Below, in pieces: positions 9,452 through 18,160 of a DNA stretch of 64,000 nt; the stretch's first letter is position 1; each line of letters opens with the position of its first letter. This DNA is from an uncultured Candidatus Saccharibacteria bacterium (lineage in GTDB: Bacteria; Patescibacteriota; JAQUNI01). Where the stretch lies: positions 19,943 through 83,942 of the forward strand of contig CAZKRD010000003.1 of assembly GCA_964555185.1 (NCBI GenBank), read 5' to 3'. The translations under genes and the position numbers were made by a program. Under the pieces are notes generated by a model, which saw only the letters and a list, made by a program, of their open reading frames with translations, was not told the DNA's origin and did no database searches.

Positions 9452-10912
9452 TCAATTTTTGAGTATAGTCAGGTCAATATCAATCTGCTTTCCAGCGACC
9501 AAATCGCCAGCAATAGATTCCAGTTTTTGCTTGATTCGTTTGGTTTTCTCGTGAGTCAAAACAACTTCCCGATAAACTTTTGCGATTTGGCCTCTCAGAC
9601 CAGCTGGAAAATTAGGGAATGGTGTATTCAAAAATTGATTTGTCTTGATTTCTTTCATCTTTGACCCTATCGCAAGCCCAGCACAATAAAGTCGCATATA
9701 GTTGCAGTTCATAAAACAAGACATAAATAGTAAATCAGTATCAGGATAACCGGAGACCCTATAAATCCCTTGATTGTGTTGGGCTTTACCATACAGAGCT
9801 ATGTCAAAGAACATTGCGACACCAACATATTCTCCTCGGCCGCCACGCGAAGTTCGATTGACGAGCAACATCGCATTTTTGTTTAGATTGTTCTTTTCGC
9901 AAGTGATACGCTCCTCGTTTCTAAACGCGCCGAAGTCAGTAATATTTGCCGGCGTAACCCAAAAATATTTTAGTTCCTGACTTGTCCCGACCATGCGTTT
10001 TTTAGGCGTGTTCCCACTCTTGATATTTTTTTGATCAATTAGAAAAAATCCTGCTTTGTAATTCCGAACTAAAAAATCAATCTGCTAAAATTCTTTGCTA
10101 TATGTCCTAGTATCTAAACGAATCTCTTTCCCGATTTTGTTGGTAGTTGGATATTCGTACTGAAATTTCTTTGATTTTTGATTTGAGAGTTCCTTTTCAA
10201 TCAACTCATTGATAGTGGCGGATTTGTCTCTGACAAACCTTTCTTGTTTTATGACCGCCGTAACAAGTTTTTCAATATATTTAATTACTTCCTCCTGATT
10301 TTTTTGGTTCGGAAATGGAATTTTACAATCCAAAAAAAGTGTTTTTGCGTGCTTGATCGTGGTGCCTCGTGAGACAAGGAGTAAGAGTTGAATTTTAAAA
10401 AAAACACTTTTCAGCAATCCAAACACATATAGTTTTTGTTTTGTAAGGGGCAACCTGTATATGCCGCCTGAAATCATATGTTGTGGATAATCTTTATCCA
10501 AAATGATAACCTCGCCGACATTCGAATCTTTTGAAATCAAAATATCACCTTTTTTTAATTCATAATTTTTGAAACTCGAGGGTAGAATAGGAACCACACT
10601 TTCGGGCGAGAATGCAGGCAAAAAATAATCCGGCTGTAACCCCTTTGTTCGAATAAACTGAAATGGAGAATTCGATATATAACTCTGCGATCCGACCTCA
10701 ACTCCTTTATCAGTGGATTTGAGCGGACGATCAAGGAGATCGCGCAAATCCACACTATTTCTATTCTCAATTCTTAATCCTTTATATTGAGAAGCGGAAA
10801 GAGAATAGTGCCTGGAAGCTACTTCATTGGAGCGTATTTCAGTTGGTACTTTAATATAGTTCATTTGTCCAAAAAAACATCTTGTAGAGTTTTCTCTTGA
10901 CCTAAACACCAA
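9452..10912 (-). pseudogene. HsdS-like two-TRD specificity subunit interrupted by a single in-frame TAG (10085..10087)
   Basis: ORFs 10085..10912 (TRD1: GDILISKDSNVGEV...IPFPNQKNQEEVIKYIEKL) and 9452..9994 (TRD2: NTPFPNFPAGLRGQIAKVYRE) are in the same frame; the 31 intervening codons are open and separated only by the TAG. Confidence 0.6.
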
Positions 10913-13008
10913 TCCTTGAATTCCTTGACTGTTTGGGTAAATTCTTCATCAAGCAAGGGTTTACCCTCCTCATCTATTTTAACCTCAAATTTATTACTAT
11001 CAATTTTATAGATCGGAACAAAATGTTTAACACGCTTGATGGTTTTTACTTTGTATCCGACTCGCTGAATATCTTTCACAAAAATGTTGTAGCCATTCTC
11101 ATTGAGTTTCTTCAATTCTTTCTCAGATGGCTTGTAGGCAACGATGACCGTTGTATTGACTCCCGTATCGGCAAATACATTTGCAGGAAGATCGAATAAA
11201 GCAACGACTCTCATTTTTGACATAATCCATTTCCTTGCCTTCTCCCATCTATCAATTGATGCTATCGAATTTGAAAGTATAATACCGACTCGGCCGTTTT
11301 CTTTCAAGATACGGTAAGCATTTTCAAAAAACACAAGGCCGAGATCAATCCAATTTCCATTTCTTCCAACGTGCCAAAGCTCATAGAGTTCAATAATCTC
11401 TTTATCTTTTTGAGTTTTTGGTTCAAATTTCCTATCTTCTCCAAACGGCGGATTAGTTAGGACGATATCAAATTTTTTGAGTTCAGTATAGTCGTCCCAC
11501 GCATCCCAATTTCCGGCCTTGTGTTTTGCTGGAATGAGATTTACTAATTTCCCGTCCTTGTCGAATTTGTGAGTGATGGAACCATAGCCCGGCTGGAATT
11601 CTATCTTGGCGTTTCCGTCTCCGTTCAGAAGCATATTTAACTGTGCTAACATGACCATTTGCACGTCGTTATCAATTCCATAAATGTTTTTATCGTCCAT
11701 TTTTCTGTCGGACTTGACATAAGAAATTGACAAGAAATCTCCGCTGCCAACAGTCGGATCGGCTATCGTGTCCAACGCTTTCGGGTGAACTATATCAACA
11801 AGAAAATCAATCAATGGAATTGGTGTCAAAAATTGTCCCTTCTCGGATTTGGTAAAAGCGTTCGCAAAACGATAGAAAATGAGTTGATATAGATCAGTTG
11901 TACTCGATCTGGTAAAGCTGTAATCCTGCAAGTTATGGACTATTGAACCCACGACGGCAACATGTCCCTCGTTTTTCCAGTCAATAATTGAATTGCTCAA
12001 AATCACTTTATATGTACTTACCGCTTGGGCGCACAAATCCCGCATGCGTTTAATAAATGTTTGTATACTTTGGTCGTTGAGCGTCTTGAAATCGCGTTCA
12101 TTTTGTTCGATATAAAATTTGAGACGATGAATATCCCCGTATTCATCGTCTTGAATATAGTATTTCAACAACTCGTTCTTTTTTTCGTCGAAAATTTTGA
12201 GCGCGATAAGTTGAACCAAAATTTCATATCCGCGCTGGTTCAACATGCTTACCTTGTCGAGCGTTCGCAAAATATCGGAAATCGCCTGATTGATTTGAGT
12301 ACTAAAGACTCCGGTGATAACATCAAGATCATTTACGGTTCGTGCAGACCTGTCAATTTCTATATCAATAATGCGCTTTTTGATTTGATCAAAGGACGGA
12401 ATTTTTCGGAATTCATCGGGTAGGTGGAGAGACAATTCTCTTGTTGAACTGTTTTCTCCTTTTAGGTTGTACGATTCATCAAGGCGAATAAACTTGCCAT
12501 GCTTTTTTTGGAATAAAAATAGCCGTTCGGTGTCATAGAGAACGCCAAGACAAAAGTCGCTCTCCGATTCTTTAATGGCTGGTTTAAGTTGTTGATTATA
12601 GACCGTTTCAATATCCTTGCCATCTTCTTTCTTGAATTCAATGACGGCAATGAGATGACTTCTCAACCAATCAAGGTCGGATTGATTCTTTTTTGTAATC
12701 CAATTTTTATATCTATCAAACCAATTCTTATCGTCGAAAATCGCGCCGTCAAATTTGATGGGTGCAGAATTCTTGTTGCCTTTCGGAAAATAAACCTCCG
12801 AGCCGATAAAATCTTTTTGATAAAGTCCTGAATATACCAATCCGTAGAAAAATTGCCATTTGTAATATTCTTCGTTGGGCGTATTTCTTGACCCCTTGAT
12901 TTTGACCTTCTTATTCAACTTAAGATTGACAGGAAGGAAGGCCATGAAGTCTTTTTTTGTCAAATAGAACTTATCAAATTTTTGTTTTGTTTCAAAAAAT
13001 GTCTTCAT
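10861..13008 (-). CDS. type IIB/IIG restriction-modification enzyme (PD-(D/E)xK endonuclease fused to N6-adenine methyltransferase), BcgI-A-like
   Basis: N-terminal FDGAIFDD...IAVIEFKKED (D...ExK); methylase motif I DPTVGSGDFL and motif IV NPPFG; 3' end overlaps the specificity gene. Confidence 0.8.
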   Translation of the reverse strand: MKTFFETKQKFDKFYLTKKDFMAFLPVNLKLNKKVKIKGSRNTPNEEYYKWQFFYGLVYSGLYQKDFIGSEVYFPKGNKNSAPIKFDGAIFDDKNWFDRYKNWITKKNQSDLDWLRSHLIAVIEFKKEDGKDIETVYNQQLKPAIKESESDFCLGVLYDTERLFLFQKKHGKFIRLDESYNLKGENSSTRELSLHLPDEFRKIPSFDQIKKRIIDIEIDRSARTVNDLDVITGVFSTQINQAISDILRTLDKVSMLNQRGYEILVQLIALKIFDEKKNELLKYYIQDDEYGDIHRLKFYIEQNERDFKTLNDQSIQTFIKRMRDLCAQAVSTYKVILSNSIIDWKNEGHVAVVGSIVHNLQDYSFTRSSTTDLYQLIFYRFANAFTKSEKGQFLTPIPLIDFLVDIVHPKALDTIADPTVGSGDFLSISYVKSDRKMDDKNIYGIDNDVQMVMLAQLNMLLNGDGNAKIEFQPGYGSITHKFDKDGKLVNLIPAKHKAGNWDAWDDYTELKKFDIVLTNPPFGEDRKFEPKTQKDKEIIELYELWHVGRNGNWIDLGLVFFENAYRILKENGRVGIILSNSIASIDRWEKARKWIMSKMRVVALFDLPANVFADTGVNTTVIVAYKPSEKELKKLNENGYNIFVKDIQRVGYKVKTIKRVKHFVPIYKIDSNKFEVKIDEEGKPLLDEEFTQTVKEFKDWCLGQEKTLQDVFLDK

Positions 13009-13098
13009 GAAATTTTTATTCCATCAGATTGCTTGATTATACATCATGGTTTCCTTACGTATTTAGTATAGCAAGAATATTAAAAAAAGAACAGAGTG

Positions 13099-13136
13099 GC
13101 CTGTTAATTTCGCCTTGCCAAAACAGCAGGCAGGCA
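13099..13136. repeat. right 38-bp terminal inverted repeat of RM cassette
   Basis: ggcctgttaatttcgccttgccaaaacagcaggcaggc. Confidence 0.85.
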
Positions 13137-13139
13137 GGT

Positions 13140-13366
13140 TGAGATGGCTCTTCTTTCTTTGGCTCTTGACTTAACGATTCAACTTCTTGGGTTTGTTCAG
13201 TGGCTGATTGTTCCTGTACATCTTCTTGTGGTTGTTCTGCTTCGGTTGCTCCTGTTTTCGTCTCCTCTATATTGGTTTCTTCTTCTCTGGGGATTTGAGT
13301 GGTTCCTGTACAACCAGATAAAATAAACAGGCTAACTGAAATAATAAATAATATTATTTTTTTCAT
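13140..13366 (-). pseudogene. truncated duplicate of the 5' end of lipoprotein gene 3434..4027
   Basis: First ~75 codons (MKKIILFIISVSLFILSGCTGTTQIPREEETNIEETKTG...) and the upstream catctttttgaattatt leader are ~90% identical to 3792..4035; reading then continues into the TIR. Confidence 0.55.
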
Positions 13367-13375
13367 CTTTTTGAA

Positions 13376-14221
13376 TTATTTGTTCAGGCATTCTAAATAC
13401 TGCTTGTCAGACAGGGCTTTCGCTTCCTGCTCAGTCTTAACGACCGTTTCTTCCGCCTTGTCCTTGATCGCTTGTAGCAATTCTTCACTGGAGTAAACTG
13501 CGACCATACAAGTATCGTACTCTGATTGTCTAATATCTCGAAGTTGAGAAGGACTAAAAGGAAATCCTTGTAATCTTTCTGGTAATGGTTCGTATGATTT
13601 CTTAGCGCAGTCGCCTTTCGCATCTAATATTTCAAGTTCTTTAGGTTTCAATGTCTTTTCGGCCTCCTCTTGTATGTAATTCATATTGACCTTGAATTTG
13701 TCAAAACTTAACTGGGTTTCAGCCTTACATTTTTCTATCTTTAATTGAGTTTCCTCTTCCTTTCTTTGCTCTTCGGTTAGCCTTTGGGCTTCTTCCGTCG
13801 CTTTTTTCTCTGCTTCTACTTGTCTTTTTGCTTCCTTCTCGGCCTCAGCCTGTTGAGCCGCCAAGACTTGTTGTTGATGTTTTCTTTCTTCTTCTTGTTC
13901 CTTTGCTCTTCTCGCTATTTTTGCTTGGGCTTCTGCCTCTGCTTCTTCCGCTTCCTTTTCTACTCTTACTCTTTCCTCTGTTTGCCTCTGGAGTTCCGCT
14001 TCTTGCCTCTCTTTTTCCAGCTTAGTGATCTCTCGATCAATCAACTGCTTTCCTATTTGCTGTTCAGTTCTGATTTGCTCCTGCTCTGATGATCTTTGCG
14101 TTTTAACATAAGAAGCCAAGACCGAAAAGTTAATAATCAAAAAAAGCGCAACCCCAGCGCAAATATAAGAGAGAATCCTCCAAGGAAATATTTTTTTAAC
14201 GAAATTCCAGATTCGTTTCAT
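13376..14221 (-). CDS. membrane-anchored coiled-coil protein (E/K/Q/A-rich)
   Basis: N-terminal TM helix, ~150-aa charged coiled-coil segment, Cys-containing C-terminal domain. Confidence 0.4.
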   Translation of the reverse strand: MKRIWNFVKKIFPWRILSYICAGVALFLIINFSVLASYVKTQRSSEQEQIRTEQQIGKQLIDREITKLEKERQEAELQRQTEERVRVEKEAEEAEAEAQAKIARRAKEQEEERKHQQQVLAAQQAEAEKEAKRQVEAEKKATEEAQRLTEEQRKEEETQLKIEKCKAETQLSFDKFKVNMNYIQEEAEKTLKPKELEILDAKGDCAKKSYEPLPERLQGFPFSPSQLRDIRQSEYDTCMVAVYSSEELLQAIKDKAEETVVKTEQEAKALSDKQYLECLNK

Positions 14222-14241
14222 CTTTTTAAATATTTTTATAT

Positions 14242-14296
14242 AAAAACGTGGAAAAACGTGGAAAAACGTGGAAAACCATGGAAAATGGTGGAATTG
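14242..14296. repeat. 10-bp tandem repeat array (gaaaaacgtg x3 plus two degenerate units)
   Basis: aaaacgtggaaaaacgtggaaaaacgtggaaaaccatggaaaatggtggaa immediately upstream of the 13376..14221 start. Confidence 0.75.
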
Positions 14297-14797
14297 CAGC
14301 TCCCAAAGGTTGGGATTTAGAGTGAGGGTTGTAGTAAATCGAGATTGAGGTCGAGTAGGTCAGGTGCTTTATGTTGTCCGATTCAATGCTATGTCAAAAA
14401 CCGTTATAGAAGAGGTTATAAAAAATGCGATAGTTAGCATGACAAGAATGGATATATTTTTTCGTTCCTTTATTCTATTTTTATAATTTGTCCTGCCCTG
14501 CCACTCACTATATAATTATAAAACCTGCTTTCATTATAGCAGGTCGCTTTGATTGAAGGAATCAAAGGAGTTCGAATTTGATTCGGGGTAATAAAAAATA
14601 ATCGCGTCGATAAGCGATTTTTTTGTTGGCTCCCTGTATTGGACGCATTTAGAACTATAGATTGGTACAAGATTAAACAAGAATTTAAGCTTATTCAATT
14701 TATACTCAAACGCAATAATGTTTATATAATGCTTTGAAAAAAATCCCATTTGATTTTGACATTTTCCACATTTTATAATAAAATTAAAGTAAGAATT

Positions 14798-14941
14798 ATG
14801 TCAGACGCAAATTTATTAAACCTTATTATTGGAATCATTGGTGGCGTTCTGGGTGTTATAGCAACGCTTTTGGTTTTTTTTATAAAAATTGGCAGAGCTA
14901 TTGAAAAAATAGACAAGCTTGAAGAATGGAAAAAAATGTGA
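14798..14941 (+). CDS. small single-TM protein
   Basis: MSDANLLNLIIGIIGGVLGVIATLLVFFIKIGR...; first + strand gene of the AT-rich module. Confidence 0.3.
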   Translation: MSDANLLNLIIGIIGGVLGVIATLLVFFIKIGRAIEKIDKLEEWKKM

Positions 14942-15338
14942 AACAAAAATCAATGCAATAGAGAAAGAATTAGCCACCTTAAAAGAATTCAAGGCAAATG
15001 CTCAAAAATTCATAGACAAAAGTATCTATGAATCCAGAAGTCCAATAGAGCTTACTGAATTTGGAAAACGATTATTAAAAGAGAGTGACTTTTACAGCAT
15101 ATTTGAAAAACATAAAAATAATCTCGTAAACAAATTAACCCGATTCTCTCCTGCGACAAAATATGATGTCCAAGAAAAATCTAGAGAGCTTATGAACAGC
15201 TTAAATGATTGTGAAGCTTTCAAACCTTTGAAAACTTATGCCTTCAACAATGGAAAGGATTTCGGACAAATATTAAGAGCGGGGGCTATTCCTCTACGAG
15301 ATTATTATTTAAAGAAACATCCTGAAATAACACAATAA
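14919..15338 (+). CDS. hypothetical protein
   Basis: 139-aa ORF co-oriented with its neighbours; no recognisable motif. Confidence 0.35.
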   Translation: MKNGKKCETKINAIEKELATLKEFKANAQKFIDKSIYESRSPIELTEFGKRLLKESDFYSIFEKHKNNLVNKLTRFSPATKYDVQEKSRELMNSLNDCEAFKPLKTYAFNNGKDFGQILRAGAIPLRDYYLKKHPEITQ

Positions 15339-15445
15339 TTTTAATTTTTTAGAGGCTTCGGCTTAACTAAATACACCTTTTTTTCAGGGTGTATTTTACT
15401 AGCATTGCCTTTTAGGTAATCTGGATAGGGGGAAATAAAAAAGTA

Positions 15446-16027
15446 ATGAAAAATGTAAAAAACAACAAGGAAGATGCAAAAATTATAATTGATTATGCAA
15501 AAATAGAATGTGATAATCTAAAAATTCTTTTGCCTATGTTAGATGATATGCTAATAGACAAAACATCTGATAAAAAGATGCCTGAAGGTTTAGATGACTG
15601 GAATTGGAAAATTGCTGAATTTATTGAGTTTAGAACCTCTTATATCGCTGTAGATATTAGTGCAGATGCTGACTTTGAAGCTGGAGAATGGGGTATGCCA
15701 GTAGCAGGTGGTGGAATGGCAACACCTATTGGCGTAGAGGTAAATGACAAAGATAATCTTATGGTTTTAAGACAGGAAATTGATGCTATTTTAAACCATA
15801 CTATAGATAAGATACCAGAATTTATTTCAATGAAAGATAGACCAAAATGGAAATGCAAAAAATGTGGCAGATTCTTAGGAAAAGAGCTTTCATCATTAGA
15901 TGAAATAAAAAAGTTATTAAGAAATTTTAACATCAAAAAATATTGGAAATGCCGTTCTTGCAAAACACCTAATTATTTTGAGTTCAATGGTAATGAAATT
16001 ATTTTTAAATCTGACTTGACTAATTAG
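15446..16027 (+). CDS. hypothetical protein with C-terminal CxxC...CxxC zinc ribbon
   Basis: WKCKKCGRF...WKCRSCKTP. Confidence 0.4.
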   Translation: MKNVKNNKEDAKIIIDYAKIECDNLKILLPMLDDMLIDKTSDKKMPEGLDDWNWKIAEFIEFRTSYIAVDISADADFEAGEWGMPVAGGGMATPIGVEVNDKDNLMVLRQEIDAILNHTIDKIPEFISMKDRPKWKCKKCGRFLGKELSSLDEIKKLLRNFNIKKYWKCRSCKTPNYFEFNGNEIIFKSDLTN

Positions 16028-16043
16028 TGATTATTGCTATAAT
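16016..16043 (+). promoter_or_regulatory. sigma70-like promoter TTGACT-N16-TATAAT
   Basis: ttgact (16016-16021), 16-nt spacer, tataat (16038-16043). Confidence 0.45.
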
Positions 16044-16235
16044 GTACTTAATAAGGTTCGTTGAATTATAAATAATCTTGTTTTGTGGGATGCACATACA
16101 AGAGAATTGTTTCTAATTTATAGGTAATCCACATAGGTGGACTATAGAAGCCAGAACAATGAATAACAGTTTGTTTTGCAAGCTGGTATTTGTTGTTTTG
16201 GCTTTTTCTTTTTTAAAAAACTTTCAACAAACAAA

Positions 16236-16268
16236 CCGGCAGTACACAAACTGCTGGTTTTTTGTTTA
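16236..16268 (+). terminator. rho-independent terminator
   Basis: ccggcag-N8-ctgctgg then TTTTTGTTT. Confidence 0.5.
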
Positions 16269-16429
16269 AAGATGTCTGAAGTAAGTAATGAGAAAAATAA
16301 TAAAAAAAATAGATAACTCAAAAAAAGAATCTGATTTTGAGGCAAGGAAAAACTTGTCCGGTTTTTTCAGTTTGCTTCTGGAAATAGACCAAAGAGTAAG
16401 CCCGCGTTTATATAAAAAGACTAAAAACA

Positions 16430-16690
16430 ATGAAAATAACAGAGATTCAAATAATTCCAATTAAGCCTCAAAACGGTCTTGTGGCCTTTGCCAGCGTAGT
16501 ATTCGATAATTGTCTCTATCTAGGCTCAATAGGCGTTTATTCCCGCCTAGACGGCACAGGATACCGCCTTACCTATCCCATGAAGAAAATAGGCGACAAG
16601 AATATCAATATCTACCACCCCATCAACAGAGAAGCCAGCGAGGCCATTGAAAAAGCAATAATCGCAAAGGCAAGGGAGATATTAAACTAA
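16430..16690 (+). CDS. spoVG: SpoVG family protein
   Basis: MKITEIQIIPIKPQNGLVAFASVVFDNCLYLGSIGVY...NINIYHPINREASEAIEKAI aligns by eye along its length with SpoVG. Confidence 0.75.
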   Translation: MKITEIQIIPIKPQNGLVAFASVVFDNCLYLGSIGVYSRLDGTGYRLTYPMKKIGDKNINIYHPINREASEAIEKAIIAKAREILN

Positions 16691-16874
16691 ACAACCACTA
16701 AAGAAGTAATGAAAATATTAGACACTATTATTTTAACAATGCCTATTAGTTATTATGATATTACCGACCACTCACACTTCATTCCTTCAGTTGAAGGAAT
16801 GTTGGAAAGCCGACGGGCTTATTGCAAATACCAAAAGCTTTTTAGAAAACGATTTGACTTAGATAAAAATAAGT

Positions 16875-17087
16875 ATGAACAAATGTGAAAAACTTTACCA
16901 AAAAGGACTGAAACAAATCAAAGAAGGGACAAGACTTTCTCCCTTAAGGGCTATTCGCTTGAAATGTCTTGATTGTTCTGGTTGGTCAGAAGCAGAGGTA
17001 AGAAAATGCGTTATTCTTGACTGTGCTCTGTATAAGTTTAGATTTGGTAGAAACATGACAGGGAAAAATCCATCAAAACGTAGATAA
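16875..17087 (+). CDS. small Cys-rich protein
   Basis: CLDCSGWSEAEVRKCVILDC. Confidence 0.3.
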   Translation: MNKCEKLYQKGLKQIKEGTRLSPLRAIRLKCLDCSGWSEAEVRKCVILDCALYKFRFGRNMTGKNPSKRR

Positions 17088-17640
17088 AACTATAGACCGA
17101 TAGTCTCCCCTAGATACCCCTCAAACTTACCTCCAAGGGTCTCATCAGAAGGATTAAAGAATTTATATAGCTTTTACAAGGATTTACTAGTAATCTTTTT
17201 ATTTATAAAAATAATTGTGATGAGAGGAGGGGGTGGATCGTTCCATGTCATATCCTGAATACAAAGCAATTCATGACTCTTCCATTAAAAAAGCAAAATT
17301 ATTTTTGAGAATAGAAAATGACTTTTATAGAAAAGAATAAATTTAAAATCAGATTAAGATTTTCTAAAAATAAGTTAAGTGATCAGGCACTTAATAGGGT
17401 TTTTAATTTTATTTTGAACCTGAGTGATTCAGATATTAGCTCCAAAAAATATGAACAAAATAATTGTTCAGAGAAAAATGAGCATTTTCGCTGAAAGTGG
17501 TGTTAGATTTTAAGGGTTGCCATCCAACACCACTTCTAGTAGAAACTAACCCTTTATCAGAAATAATTAGTACATCAATAAGAATAGTGAGCGGTGGTGC
17601 TAATGCCTTCACCGCTTACTATTCCTGTTGAAAAGGCATT

Positions 17641-18078
17641 ATGAGTGAACCAGAAAAGTTGGAAACAATTATAACAAGACGGAAAGAAGGAGAACATACG
17701 CGGGACGACTCGGCGAAGGAATTTTTGCGCAAAAGGGATATTGAGGTGCGTGATCCAGAAAAAGCAAAAAGAAAACAATCAGTAAAGGTGCTAAAATTGC
17801 AATTTGTTGGCATCTACATAAATTTATTGGGACTGCTTAAGGGTAATGAATTAAAAGTTTATTTGTATATGCGGGTTAGACGGCGAATGAAAAGAAGCAC
17901 GATTGCCGATGAGACCGAATTTTTTAAGGATAAAAGTATATCAGCCAAAGAGCTGAATATCTCAACACCAACCCTTCTTAAAGCCATCGTTGGATTGGAG
18001 AAAAAAGGACTAGTGAAAAGGGACGGCAGGACTTCTGGCGGATTTGTAAAATTAAAAGTATTTAGTCAGCCCAAGTAA
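17641..18078 (+). CDS. winged-helix DNA-binding protein (replication-initiator/regulator-like)
   Basis: C-terminal ...ISAKELNISTPTLLKAIVGLEKKGLVKRDG... wHTH pattern; iteron array immediately downstream. Confidence 0.4.
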   Translation: MSEPEKLETIITRRKEGEHTRDDSAKEFLRKRDIEVRDPEKAKRKQSVKVLKLQFVGIYINLLGLLKGNELKVYLYMRVRRRMKRSTIADETEFFKDKSISAKELNISTPTLLKAIVGLEKKGLVKRDGRTSGGFVKLKVFSQPK

Positions 18079-18160
18079 AATTTTTTTACCTAGCAAGTAA
18101 ATTTTTTTTACTTGACAGGTAAAGTTTCTTTACTTGGGTAAGTAAAATTTCTTTACTTGG
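18075..18160. repeat. iteron-like array: four ~21-bp units, each a GTAAA-N6-8-TTTACYTGG palindrome
   Basis: gtaaaatttttttacctag / gtaaattttttttacttgacag / gtaaagtttctttacttgg / gtaagtaaaatttctttacttgg. Confidence 0.65.

Noticed and set aside
9452-10912. Stop-codon reassignment explaining the in-frame TAG in the specificity gene
   Set aside because: TGA, TAA and TAG all terminate conserved genes (rpoB, polA, uvrB, ruvB and others) at their expected lengths, so the standard code applies; the TAG is a genuine nonsense codon or an error
13784-14089. ORFs 13784-14089 and 13828-14025 on the plus strand
   Set aside because: Low-complexity Leu/Phe/Ser-rich translations are the antisense shadow of the E/K/A-rich coiled-coil gene 13376-14221
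14242-14296. Possible CRISPR or minisatellite
   Set aside because: 10-bp units directly abutting with no spacers; not CRISPR. Kept as a regulatory/iteron-like tandem repeat
14281-14400. Searched the minus-strand translation here for the missing 3' part of the LTD gene (expected F(I/V)EL(Y/F)NPG...) to place the element's left att site
   Set aside because: Only a weak IYYNP-like fragment in a low-complexity frame; not convincing, so the left boundary is left open
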